64,000 bases of DNA from Glaucostegus cemiculus (taxonomy: Eukaryota), in contig CDPCPM010000076.1 of NCBI GenBank assembly GCA_976551045.1, positions 6,386,001-6,450,000 of the forward strand, in the 5' to 3' direction. Below are positions 39,093 to 52,351 of this stretch, piece after piece. Every line of letters begins with the position of its first letter. Within the stretch, counting starts at the first letter, position 1. The translations under genes were made by a program, and so were the position numbers. The notes below the pieces were generated by a model that was not told the DNA's origin, made no database searches, and was given only the letters and a program-made list of their open reading frames with translations.

Positions 39093-41854
39093 TAACTGTT
39101 TATATCTAACTGGTAGTAGTTTATATCTAGCAGCATAACTGAATGTATAGGGGAGCTAAAAAATTTCAAAAGTATTCAGGCATCAAGAGCATTGATCTAA
39201 TTTGTGCAGATTGTTTATTATTTTAGAAAGTTTAATATGTGGAAAGGAAATTGGTGTATTATTGTCATTCTGCTCATCTATCTACTCTAAATGTAGCAAG
39301 ACCATTTTATGAACTGCATTGAATAGGACTTTGAAGGAAGGTCCACAATTAACAGGGTTTTCAGAAGGTGAAAATTCTGGTGTCCATCCCATCATGGAAA
39401 CTGGCTGGTGGTATTTTCACTATATCCTGTCGTTCCCATGCTAAACAAGTAACCAGTTGTAGAAGGACAGCTGTTGGCTCTGATTTTGATGAAGTAATGG
39501 CCTCACTGCCCCCAGAGTTTCGGTGGGCTTGCCAGCAGACATTTCCTCAAATTCAACATCATTTTCAGCCTCCAGCGTCTACAGAGAATTTATGGTGGCT
39601 TTGGGCAAGGCAAACAGCAAGGGAAGGGCCTTGAATCAATTGGCTTGAAGAGTCCTCATCGAGCCATGGGGTCAAGGCAGGTATTATGGAGCAGAAAGTA
39701 TAAATTACTTGTTTAAAAAAAATGCACAGAAAGCAAAATAATGATTGTGAACTACAGATAGGATTGGGAGGGTGAAGGGGTATACAAAAAACATTAGTTT
39801 TTTTTTAAATCTGCATCTCTAATCATTTGGGAAAAACTTGCCTCAACATTAATAAAATTCATTTTTAAGAGTCAGAGAGGGTGCTCAACATTAGCGTTAA
39901 CATTGTTTAAAACCTCACACTCTCACAAGAATACATCAGCTTAACTTTTTCCACTATGTTTAATGTGGAATTGAAGGGATTTCAGCAGGTTCACACAACT
40001 CCAGTCATTTCAATTCAGAGTTAATGGTGAGGACTTCAGCAGTGAAAGAGCAGATTTCTGACAGCATCATCTAACTTATTTAACTACGTGGTTGCATATT
40101 CCAAAGGTTAGCAGATTCTGTAAAATGGTATATGCAGATAGCTTTGGTGTTGTGCTCATTATTTAAAGCTCTGTCATGGAAAGAGATTATCAGACTGACA
40201 GAAGGAAATGTTCAAGATTTGTGCTTGAAGTCTTCTTGAAATGCAACATCCCCAACGACTTCTGGAAATCTGATTCATGACCACTCAAAATAGCACTGGG
40301 GATGGTATTGAGAAGCTCAAAGCCATACACTTGTGCGTTAAGTGCTGGAAAGAGCACACCACGTTACTGATTTGCTTGCCTGTCCCATCAGGCCCCTCTT
40401 TCCCCAGCTGTGGAGGAGTCTGTGGCTCCCACAATGGCCTTATTGTCCACCTCAAAACCTGGAATGGAAGCAAATCCCTCAAGGACTGCTCAAGGGTTCA
40501 GCAGTACTCTTAGCATGTACTCCAGCCAGTACAATGTGAGTGTTTCTGATACAGGCCCATACACAGATCCACAATAAACAATTATAAGTTTAGTTTGCTT
40601 TCCTGAAATATTTTGCTTCCATCAATACCACTTTTTTTCAAGTCAATATCCTACTTTAAAGTATGATGAGAAGGAGATACTTTTGTAGTATTTCTGAAGG
40701 TTGTGCATCTGGTATATATCTGAATTTACATTTACCTGAGTTTGAAGGTGTACTAGTATTTGGTGGCGTCTTTCCCTTGGAATTGTGCAGGATTTCTTTT
40801 GGAATATATCTATGATTATTTATGGCTTTTCAGAGCTTAATTTAGGTGATACCAGTGACAAAAAAAAAATTGTGTTAATGTTATAACCAAAATACATTTG
40901 TAGAGTAGCAAATCCCTGACATTTCCCTGCATGCACAATACCTGTTGGCAAAACAAAATTAAATTGGACCTGTAGCATTCAATCTAGTATGGACAGAAAT
41001 GTGTACAAATCAAATCAACACACACTGTCTGCCTAAGGCTTTATTTCTGAGATTTTCAGTTACATTTTATCTTCCATTATTATCTACAATTGGATATCAG
41101 CAGAGTTTATGGTTCAGAGTGATACAACAATGAGTCCCACTTGGTGTTTACTCACAAATCAGAAAAGGCAAGGTCTTAAATTATATTCTCATTATAATTC
41201 CGAATTTGGGTGGAGAATTGCTGATGCAGGTACATAAATGTTATTAGAACACTGCTTCCAATTTTTCCACAAAGATTACAAGGATTATGTTAAAATGTCT
41301 CCTTTCTCTGATCTGCCTTCCAGATAAAACTTGAAAGATTCTATGGGGTGATTGTACTTCACAGTGTAACAGGATCCAAGAAAACACCGAAGTGTTAGGA
41401 TATCTTCCAAACCAGTCATTTTAAGGATTTATTGAGAATTAAAAATAAAATTCAAATTAATGTGTTGTATACAGGGTTGCTTGACGATTTGCTTGTTAGT
41501 AAATGCATATGTCCTTCTGTAAGGTGCCGATGGTATCCCTGCAATATCGTGCATGGTAGTGTGGTCTGATGTTGTGTTGCCTTTTTTTTGGAAGTGAACA
41601 GGTGGGACAGGGAGGAAGAATGGGTAGAAAGAAGAGGAACCAAGAAATTGCCACTTAAAGCCTAAAGCTGTTGTTGGCTGATAAATGACCAAAGAGGAAA
41701 TTTTTGCTTTTATTTTCTCAGTCTTTGTCACGTTTACTCACATTGTTTCCTCAGTGACCATGTGAATTACTTCATGTAATAATATATTCCATTATGTAAA
41801 AATATTAATGCTTTCTCCTTTTACTTTTCTAGATACATGTGACGACTGCTGAAG

Positions 41855-42029
41855 ATGTCCGATAGTGTTGATGCTGAAGAGAAACCACCAGCTCCTCCCT
41901 TGAGAATGAACAGTAACAATCGTGACTCATCTTCCCTTAACCACGGCTCAAAGCCTCTCCCATTGGTTCCTGAGGAAAAGAACAAGAAAGCCCGACTGCG
42001 CTCCATTTTTCCAGGGGCAGGAGACAAGA
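41855..42029 (+). CDS. PAK3: PAK3 first coding exon (exon starts at 41833; ATG at 41855)
   Basis: Translates [58 protein letters not shown], nearly identical to the vertebrate PAK3 N-terminus. Pyrimidine tract with AG at 41831-41832; donor A|GTAAAG at 42030; 175 coding nt, phase 1. Confidence 0.97.
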
Positions 42030-44109
42030 GTAAAGTATCAACCTCTCTATTTCTGCAGTAGATGCTTTACAAGGTGAAGGAGTTATGGCAAGGTGAAGAT
42101 GCTGAGATCTGTGCTAGGTTAGCTGGTCATTGCTGGAGCTATGTCAGTGTGCTTGGCCTTGCTGTTTCTGATTTAGAGAGAGGAAAATCATTGTTGATTT
42201 ATTGTCTAATGAATCTTGTAGGATGATATGAGTGCTAAACATGGCTTGGTTGTGATGTTTCCAACTTGGCTGCAGTCCTTTGGTCATTCTGTGTTAGCTT
42301 TTGCAGTACCTTTTTGGAAAGAGGATGCCCATTGCACTATTATGTGGTTTCAGTAGAAATTTTCCTGTCTCAGCCTGCCGTCGGTTTATTTTGAGAGCCT
42401 TATGGGTGAAGAAAGCTGATCGTAGAAGATATTGAGTAAGTCACTATTATGGGCTGTCTAGTTCCCATGAAGAAAGTGTTTTGCAAGTGCAGACATTTCT
42501 GGAAAGGAGATGGCATCTCGCATGAAGTAAAATAGCAAACCTGGGCCCACAGTTCACGACCCATGCCACTTTGAAGGCACTCCAATCTGTGTCCCCTGCC
42601 TGCGTCAAACTCCTGGAACTTTGACCAAAATCCATCAGTGCAATTTGCTTTACTTGGGAATGTATTTTTCCTGATTGTGAGGTTGTCAATTTGAAAACTT
42701 TCTTTCAACTCATCATTTGTGGTCCCATTCTAAATGTGTCAATATAGCCAGACTTCAATGTGAACTGAAAAAGGGAACACTGCAATGTGAACTCGGGGGA
42801 AGAATAAATGGAATCTAGCTTTACCCATTCACACTAAAAGCAAGCAGTTTGATATAATTTGTTTCTCAGTCTTAAGACTGAGTTGCAGACTGTCCCCAGG
42901 TGCCTTGCTTTGTATTTATTTAGTGTCCAATTCCTCCTTGCTGATGACAAAGCAGAGTCCAGAGAAAAAGGTGGGCTATCCAATTAATATGCTGACCTAC
43001 AATTTTGGAATTTAGTACTTGCTATCTTGAATAAATTTCTAATAAAAACATATCCTAGATTAAAAGATAACAAGTTTTGTCTATTGATTTATCATATTTT
43101 CCTCTCCCTCAGTGTAAAAGGTACAGATTTATTGGGCAGTTGTACCCTGGGGGAATCTATCTAATGTCAGCACCATATTGACTCAAAGGGCCAGGATTCT
43201 TTAGTGTTGTGGTGTTGCTAATGTTGCCATGAACAGTCATCCACAATTGATTGATTGCAGTTTGTTAACAGAGGCATTGTGTACAAATGTGTTGGAATGA
43301 AATGAAATTTTGCAAAATAAATGGAACCTATTAGTGTGTGTAAAAAGAAACAAATGAATCTTCTAAATATTACAGGGTGAAAAAGATCTGCAGCTCTTGC
43401 TGTAGAACAGTAGCAGCTAACAAGGCAAATGAAATAGTATATGAAATAAAACTTATAGATTGGGCAGATCTAGCAGCAGGTCAGGCAGCAGCCAGTTAAT
43501 GTTTTGGGTAAAGCTTATCAAATGTCACAGTAATACCTGAACATTGCTTTGTCTTTTGCAGAAATTGACTGATAAGTCTTTCCATCATGTTCCTGTTATG
43601 TTTCAAAATGTCAGTACTTTTTTATTCTTATGCTAGACTTCCCAGTCAGACAACAAAAGGGCATGTCAATGGGGGTTCCAGTTCAAACTGTCGAGGTCTC
43701 TGATCAGGCCATGCCTTTTGGCTTGGTACATTTCAGTAACTGAGAAAGGGGTGTGGGGGGGGTGGGGGTTGGTTGGAGAGGTTGTGTGGAGTGAGAATGG
43801 GAGAAATAAATCAGCCATGATCAAATGACGGAGCAGACTCGATGGGCCGAATGGCTTAATTCTGCTCCTGTGTCTTATGGGAGTATTGGGAGTGTGATTG
43901 GATCCTGGAGGTAAAGTTAATTCTAAGCACGTGGATATTCCAGTTTTGAGTGCAGAGTCACAAGGAAAGATTGAAGCTTGCCTCAAAAGCAAATATTTTC
44001 AACAGAAAATGTCTTCAGGTCAGCAGGCATCAAAGGGGCAACATTCCAATGGATGGTGCCTAACCGTATAAAGGCAAATATTTATGGTTTACATTCCTTT
44101 TGTCTTAGG

Positions 44110-44300
44110 AGGTAAAAGGAGGCCATTGAGTCCATTCCCCCACTTATTTCCCTGTAATCTATTCTCTCATGCTTATCAACATCCCCTGATTCTCTTTCAT
44201 CCCACCCACACCAGGGGGTAATTTACAGTGGCCAATTAACCTACCAACGAGCGCAATGTTGGATGTGGGAGGAAACCAATGTGATCACAGGGATAACAGC
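44110..44300 (-). mobile_element. Truncated V-SINE
   Basis: aatttacagtggccaattaacctacc...gatgtgggaggaaacc. Confidence 0.7.
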
Positions 44301-44850
44301 AAGTGATTCACTCACTCCCTGATACCCCAGAGCCTTCCACCAGAAGCAAAAGTCAGCAGAGTGATGGAATGCTCTTCACCTGCCTATATGAGTACAGCTG
44401 AAACAATACTCGAAGCTTGATACCGGCCAGAACAAACCAGCCCGCGTGATTGGTATCCTATCCACTGCACTAACTATTTATTCCCTCCATCACCAATGCA
44501 CTGTGGCTACACTGTGTACCAACTACACAGCAGTTATTCACCTAGGCTATTCCAAGAGCACTTCACGAATCTTGGGCCATTTGTGCCAGAAGAACAGTGG
44601 CTTTAAGTGCATGAGAATGTCACCATCTGCAGGTTCTCTTCCACATTGCATGGCATCCTGACTCGGAAAGGTAGCACCAATCTTTCATTGTCCTGGGTCC
44701 AAATCCTGGAACTCCCTCCCCTACAGCACCGTGGCAGTAGCTTCCGCAGAATGACTGTGGTGGTTCATAAAGATAATTCACCACCAACTTCTCAAGGATT
44801 CTAGGGATGGGCAATAAATGCTGGCCTTGCGGTGATGACCAGACCTGAAA
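44300..44850 (+). mobile_element. CR1/L2-clade LINE 3' fragment
   Basis: gtgatggaatgctcttcacctgcctatatgagtacagct is a decayed VMEYSPLAWMSAA-type RT C-terminus; the 3' end reads gggatgggcaataaatgctggccttgc. Confidence 0.7.
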
Positions 44851-45612
44851 AATAACTAAATATAACAACAGTAACAGATAATTCTGGAATATTGTGTAGT
44901 TAGTCTGGAGGAACAGCAATTTCTACTGAAGTTGGTATTGCAAGTATTGTTGCATGAAATTCCTGAAATTCAACTACATGGCAATAAGGCCAAGACTGCT
45001 AAGGATATCTGTCTAATTGGTAAATTCCTTCATGACTAATGTCAGAAAAATATTGCTTGTATTGAAATTCCATTCTACTTTGAAACCATGCGAGGGGAAA
45101 ACAAAGGACATTTCTGCAAGTAGCTAAGTGATTACACTAGTTTTCTTCCTGGGGAGAACCTCGGGAGATTCAGGAGGAATACTTCGCAACTGGAAGACAT
45201 TTCCATTCTACACCTCCCAAAGTGTTAGCTTTCTGATGTGGCACTGAGCAATGTTTATATTAAATAGGTTCATTGTTCTAATGCTGGGTTCTTTCAATGG
45301 CTTGTGAACAAACTCAATTTAACTGATATAGGGGAAGCTGAGGTAGGTCAAATTATTGATGCTATTGGATGTGTTGGCCTGTGAAATTTCTAAATTACAG
45401 GATGTTAGAAGAAGCCCATTGCTGCTACATGGCTGGTCTAAATAAATTGGTGAATAGCTTAACTTTTAATAGCTGATGTCATATGGATATCACTGGCAAG
45501 GCCAGCATTTATTGTTCATCCTTGATTATCCTGGAGAAGCTGGTGAAGCCATGGAGATTGCCTAACCACGTATATTCACTGAGCTAGGTCCAGCACTGAT
45601 AAAGTATTCTGA

Positions 45613-45825
<213 letters not shown>

Positions 45826-47384
45826 TAGCTTGATGTGTAATGATTGCAAACATTGAAAATATTTCTGCATCTTTTCAGCTTGGATTCCTAGACATCATTA
45901 CCAATCTAGCAGCAAGGTGCATCAACCCACTACTCAATGAATTCTCCCATCAATTCTAAAATTTCAGAATTTCTGCTTTTACATGAAGGCACAAATGTGT
46001 TGTGTTTTGTCAGAAAGCATTATTTATTTTGTCTTGCCTTAGCTAGAACCAGGAGCTAACGCTTCAGGATAGGAATTGGCAATTTAACACAGATGAAGTG
46101 AAATTTCTTCAAAGTTGTTAATCTTTGGAATTCTGTTCCAGGGCCAAATTATGTGCAAAATTCAAGGTAGATAGATAAGATATTTGGACATGTAGACGAA
46201 GATTTTGAGAAGTTTCAAGCAAGATGATTAGCCATGGGTTTATCAAGTAGCAAAGCAGTTTTGAGGGATCATATGGTAGGGCAACGGTGTTCTGTTTCAC
46301 TGCACAGAGTAGTATTGAGGTTTAGTCTTCCGGTGATCGACCCTGGTTGAACCAGCAGCTCACAGTTCTCCTAGTCTTGCAAGGAAAATTCAATCAATCA
46401 GTGCTGGATTCTTGATTGTGTTTTCTGTCCAGGCAGTCCTGTTGGGAAAAGCACACGTTTTGGCCAAGTCTGGATAGTTCTTGGCTGAATTTGAGATCTT
46501 CCATAATGAACTACTTAGCTGCCAATCATGTCTAGGTTTCTACACTGAAGTATCGAGGTGAGGTAACAAAGGGCAGCCAGCATGCATGGGCTAGCAATCC
46601 AGTAAAAATCAGTATCTCTAGGAGAAAATTAGCAGTGGGAAACCATTGACATTTAAATTGATGTGTAAACCTAGAACTTCTAATTTTATTCAATTTTATT
46701 TTCAATTAAGTATTAATTATTTTCCATTAATATGACTTTCTGTTGCCTATAATTTTCTACAATAATCATATGGCTTGTTTACATAATGAGAATATAATAC
46801 CACCAGTTGGTTTATAAAGCACTAGAATACACCACAGCCTTTCCATGTTCAAGCTCTTCCTCTTTCTTAATTTTCAGATGCTCACTGCACACACTGATTC
46901 TAATTCATTTTTTCCCTTCTTGCTGCAGATATTTTCTCTTTCTGCTTCTCCCTCTTTCCCATCCTGTCTCATAAAGTATATCCAGTATGTGCGGTTTACT
47001 TTTGCACTGAAATATTTTTTTCATAAATGATAATGTTTCCAGATGCTGACACCTGAGTAGATTTTTCTGAATGTTCAAAATTACAGAAGCAGAATGAAGG
47101 CTTGAATAATGAATCATTTGTGTTAGATCAAAGCTCTCAGGCAGCTGGGGTTACATTAGAGTTGTTTTTCAGCATCATAAAGTAAGACTTGTAAAAGAAG
47201 AGAAAAATAGTAAGAAGTAAAAAAAAATATCTTTATCATTTCTATAAAATTTTGTAAGGATATAATTACAAAGACAGGCCATAAATACAAAGCATCCTCA
47301 ACATCATTAAGCTTTATGTAAGGGTGTTATAGTTAGTCTAATCTGAAATTAATGAAGCATTTCCAGTGACCTGTAGACAGTGGA

Positions 47385-47822
47385 AATCAAAAAAAACTGC
47401 AGATGCTGGCAATAGAGGCAGAAAATACTGGAAACACAGGAGACTGCAGATGCTGGAATCGGGAGCACAAAACAAACTGCTGGAGGAACTCAGTGGGTCA
47501 AGCAGCATCTGTGGAGGCAAAGGGATGGTTGACATTTCGGGATGAGACCCTGCATCAGGACTGAGATCGTAGAGGGAGGATAGCCAGTACAAAGGGGTGA
47601 AAGGGAAGGCTGAGGCAGAGGCTGGTGGGGTGGTGTGTGGAATCGGGAGAAGCAGAGGATGATTGGCAGATGGAGACAGGTTTGGTGGGGGGTGGTGGCA
47701 GGAGGAAAGGGAGGGGGAATTGCTGGAAAATTTTGACTTTGGATCTTCAGCCTAAAGGATTCACTCTGTTGCTCTCTGCAGGTGCTGCCTGACCTACTGA
47801 AATCTTCCAGCATTTTTATTTC
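47385..47822. mobile_element. Nested Penelope-derived terminal repeats
   Basis: An older arm (aaactgcagatgctgg, 47395) and a distal inverted arm (47765-47822) enclose a younger copy starting gaaacacaggagactgcagatgctggaatc at 47431. Confidence 0.75.
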
Positions 47823-47879
47823 CACTTGTGTAAAGAACAGAAGTCCGTTATGACTCAGGAGTTACAGTCATTAAAATTT

Positions 47880-48265
47880 ACTTGTATCAAACAAAATATC
47901 TAACTGAGATATGCACCAAGCTCTGTTTACCTCTCCCCTTTATTTCAAACTGGTTTCCAGCCTCAATTTTAAAATTTTCTTCCTTATTTTAAAATCCCTC
48001 AAGTCTCATCTTGCTGTATCATTATGACGTCTTTCAGCCCAATGAACCTCTGATGCCTCCACTTATCAATTCCATCCTCCACAAACTTATTTGCTCCACC
48101 ATCAGCAGCCATTTCATGAGCCGCAAAGGTCTTCAGATCTGAAATTCCTTCCACTTACGCTTTCCTTCAAAATGCTTGGGCTTTAGTTTTATATACCCAA
48201 TAATGTGCTTTGACATCAATCTTTGTTCAATGATGCTTCTAGAAAGTGCATTATCTTTTCTTGGT
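47880..48265 (+). mobile_element. Decayed L2-like LINE 3' fragment
   Basis: tttaaaattttcttccttattttaaaatccctc resembles L2 ORF2 FKILLL.FKSL; an L2-like tail follows. Confidence 0.55.
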
Positions 48266-49547
48266 GAATGTTCATAGATGTTTATACCTATCACAATTTG
48301 GACTGTGCTCTGTGGAATAATTGAGTGAATATAAAAGCTGTGGAGCAAAAGACAGTTGTGTCAAAGGCCCATGGTGTCAGACCTAAGGAAATAATCCTTG
48401 CACATTTCCTTTTTTGCACTGTGCCATTGTAGAGTGTCAGGAACGGAGTTGGGTCCTTAGACGAAGTGTGGATCTGTGGTTTTGGTGAGGGTTGGGGAGA
48501 AGAGTTAATATACAGTAGGGGTTTGATCAGGGTCAAGCTTGGAGGGCTCAGAATTAAGATAAAATTAAGGGGCTTGGATTGCAAAATTGGATGCCATTTG
48601 AAGAAACAGGCTGTGGTCCATGTACTGATTGGGGCTGAATTTGGAGGGGGTGTGGAGCTCAGACTGAGGAATTGGGATGAGATTTGTAGATCAGGGAACC
48701 AAGACCTTAGTCAGAGGTCAGATCAGAGAACTGGAGCCTTGATAAGAGGCAACTAGGAAGTTGGATACGTAGAGTTGGGAATCAGAAGTGAGATTGGTTA
48801 AAGAAAGGGAAGTGGTCTTAGGAGAGGTTGAAATGTGAAGCAATAAATAAGGGAACCTACACCAGTGGGGTTTCATGCATGGTCAATGACAAACAATCCT
48901 CAGAACAATATTCCGCAGGAATGCTTTAATGAAGATTACATGGAGAATGACCTCATTTTATGTGAGCCTGACACCACATTGTGCCCTGTGATCTGCAGCA
49001 AGAGGTGCTGGTCTGTGTGACCAGAAATTATTTCAATCACATTTCTACTCTGGGCAACGTGACTTTTCATGTGCCTAAGACTTTCAGTTCTTTAGGCCTG
49101 TATTCTTTAACTTTCAAAACAAAAACTTGATGATTTTCTTTATAAACAAATTTGAAAAGGTTTATTTTGTGGATGCATTCGTGGAGAACGGTTGCAAGGA
49201 AATGCATATTCTTACTTTTTTTAAAATAAATTCCATCTTGGCCCGCCTTCAGAGCAGTAGAGGGATTTTCCAATTGAACTGGAAAGGAGACATTTCATTC
49301 ATGGGCAAAACAGTGCTGATATCTCTGCTGATCATAAGGAGCTCTCATAATGTGTCATCAGACATATATTGCTTTGAAGTGGTTGAGACTTTTACTCATC
49401 TATTTTATTGAAATAGTATTTTTACTTCTATTAGGTGGAACCAATTAGCTTGGAATTTAAACCAATCAGTTTGCTGTTGCATTAAAAAAATGTGCAATAT
49501 CTGTTAATCAGTGTGTTAGTACTTTAAATCATTAATGCTAATTTGAT

Positions 49548-50070
49548 TAGAACACAAGAAATAGATGTGGGTTGGCCACACAGTCCTTGGGCCTGCCCCA
49601 CCATTCAGTCAACCATGGCTGATCTTTTGTCTCAACACTTTTCCTGCTCTGTACCCATATCCCTTGATTCCTTCAATATCCAGATATCTATCAATCTCTG
49701 TTTTGAACACAGTCAATGACTAAGCCTCTGCAGTTCTCCAGGGCAGAGAATGCCAACAAGTCACTTCCCTTTGATTGAAGATATTTCTCCTTGGTCTGAA
49801 AAGCCTTGATTTTGTGATGGGAAGCACTGGTTCTATATATCATTGCTTGGGTAACTATCCTCCCTTATCCAATCTGTCGAGACATCAAAGAATTTTGTAT
49901 GCTTCAATGAGGCATCTCTTATTCTTCTTAACTCTGGAGAATGGAAGCCAAGTTTACATGCAGTGTGACCACCATCCAAGGAACCTGTCTGGTGAATCTT
50001 CGCTGCACTCCATCTATAGCAAGTGTAGGAAAGGAGACCTGAAGTGTGCACCATATACCAGTTTGGTTTT
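49548..50070 (-). mobile_element. CR1 LINE 3' fragment
   Basis: The minus frame includes LAIDGVQRRFTRQVP; reversed tail agaacacaagaaatag. Confidence 0.75.
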
Positions 50071-50282
50071 TTTTGTTAATAAAAGTCTGTAGCCTCAGAA
50101 ATGGAGGGAACATTTTCACTAGCCATTTCTTGAAAAGAGAAAAATGAAGCATAGCTTGCAAGATGGCCAGTGTGTTACGAGTGAAAGTGCTGCCCTTCTA
50201 GCTTTCTGGTCATTATGTACTGTGGTAAATGACCTCACTGCGGTCCACTTCTTGTTACTAGAATATGAGTACTGTGGAAGAT

Positions 50283-51720
50283 GACCATAGATATTGATGC
50301 CCGCGATATTGTGCTGACCTATATAAACACCTACACCCTGATCAATCTAATTCTTCCCTCCTACACAGCCCATAACCCTCCATTTTTCTTACTTCCTATC
50401 TAGAGTTTTTTTTAAATATCCCTATTGTATCAGCCTCTACCACTACCCCCAGTCTCTGTACTTATAATAACAACAACAACTACCTCTAACATCCCCTCTA
50501 AACTTTCCCCCTCTGACATTAAACTGGTGTCCTCTGGTATTGCCCATTGCCGCCCTGGGATAAAGGTGCTGGCTGTCCACTCTATCTGTGTCCATCATTA
50601 TCTTATGCTCCTCTATCAAATTGTGCCTCATCCTGCATTGTTCCAAAGAGAAAAGCCTGAGCTCACTCAAACCTTTTCTCATAAGACATGTTCTCTAATC
50701 CAGGCAGTATCCTGGTAAATCTCCTCTGCACCCTCTCTAAAGCTTCTATATCCTTCCTATAATGAGGTCACCAGAACTGAACACATTACTCTAAGTATGG
50801 TCTAACCAGGGTTCTATAGAGCTGTAACATTATCTCATGGCTCTTGAAATCAGACACTAATGAAGGCCAGCACACCATACGCCGCCTTAACAACCCTATC
50901 AACTTCTGTGGCAACCTTGAGAGATCGATGGACTTAGACCCCAAGATCCCTCCGTTCCTCCACACTGCTAAGAGTCCTGTCATTAACCTTGTACTCTACC
51001 TTCAAGTTTGTTCTTCCAAAATATATCACTTCACACTTTTCTGGATTGAACTCCATCTGCCACTTCTCTGCCCAGCTCTGCATCCTGTCTATATTCTGTT
51101 GTGATCTCTGACAGCCTTCTACACTATCCACAACACCTCCAACCTTCATGTCATTTGCAAACTTACTAAACCACCCCCTGACTTCCTCCTCCAAGTCATT
51201 TATAAAAATCACAAAAAGCAGGGGTCCCAGAACATATCCCTGCAGAACATCATGAGTCACTGATCTCTAGGTCGAATCCTTTCCATCTACTACCACCCTC
51301 TGCCTTTTATGGGCAAGCCAATTCCGAATCCACACAGCCAAGTCTCCATTGATCCAGTGCCTCATGACTTTCTGGATGAGCCTACCATGGGGAACCTTGT
51401 CAAATGCCTTACTAAAGTCCATATACACCACATCCACCACCCTACCTTCATCAGTTTGTTTTGTCATCTGCTCAAAACTCAATTAGGATCATGAGGCATG
51501 ACCCACCTCCCTCAAAGCCATGCTGACTATCCCCAATAAAACTGTACTTCTCCAAATGCTCATAAATCCTGCCCCTGAGAATCTCCCCAATAGTTTGCCC
51601 ACCACTGACATAAGACTTGGCGATCTATAATTCTCAGGATTATCCCTATTACCTTTCTTGAACAAAGGAAAAATTGCCATCCTCCAATCCTTTGGTACCA
51701 CTCCTGTGGCCAGGGAGGAT
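50283..51720 (-). mobile_element. CR1 LINE, 5'-truncated, with decayed reverse transcriptase
   Basis: PKDWRMA..PLFKKGNRDNPENYR, VDVVYMDFSKAFDKVPH, QGYVLGPLLFVIFINDL, SKFANDMK (FADD mutated), WQMEFNPEKCEV and LYRTLVRPYLE, spread over frameshifted ORFs. Confidence 0.95.
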
Positions 51721-51984
51721 CACATGCAACTGTCTATATATCCACAGAATTTCCCTGGATACAGCAGACTCTGGCAATGCACAAGGTGTAATAATGCATG
51801 GCTTTGACAGGATGATTATTCCCCTGCCACTGAGCTACACAAACTGGGGCTGACAAGTCCATTTGTTTGACCATTACAAGTACCATCTGTTAAGATGTTG
51901 AACTGCTAAACCAGTCACCATGAAATTTAGTTTGGCGTTGACCTTCATATTCTGCCTGTAGTTAATGGCAACAGATGAGGGATA

Positions 51985-52351
51985 TAGAGAATGAAAATAG
52001 GCCCTTCGATCCATCGAATCTGTGCCGACCATCCACCACCCAATACACTAATCTTACATTAAATGCCTTTTCATTACATTCTCCCAGCATTCTTGTCAAT
52101 TTCTCCCCCATCCCACCCCCAACAATCCAACCCTGAATTCCCCCACATCTACACACCAGGAGCAATTTATAACAGCCATTTAACCTACCAACCCAAGCAT
52201 CTTTGTGATATGGAAGGAAGCCAGAGCACCTGGAGGAAACTCGCGCAGTCACAGGAAGAATGTGCAAACTCCACGCACACCGTATCGGAGGTCAGGATTG
52301 ATCCTGGATCTCCGGCATTGTGAGGCAGCAGCTAGATGCACCACAGTGCCA
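51985..52351 (-). mobile_element. V-SINE (HE1-like), near full length
   Basis: Reversed tail aggcccttcgatccatcg, V-core ggaagccagagcacctggaggaaac, B box ggattgatcc and head gcaccacagtgcc. Confidence 0.85.

Noticed and set aside
42030-42061. C-terminal [10 protein letters not shown] of the track ORF 41855-42061 (and the flanks of ORF 45637-45828)
   Set aside because: Intronic read-through beyond the splice sites.
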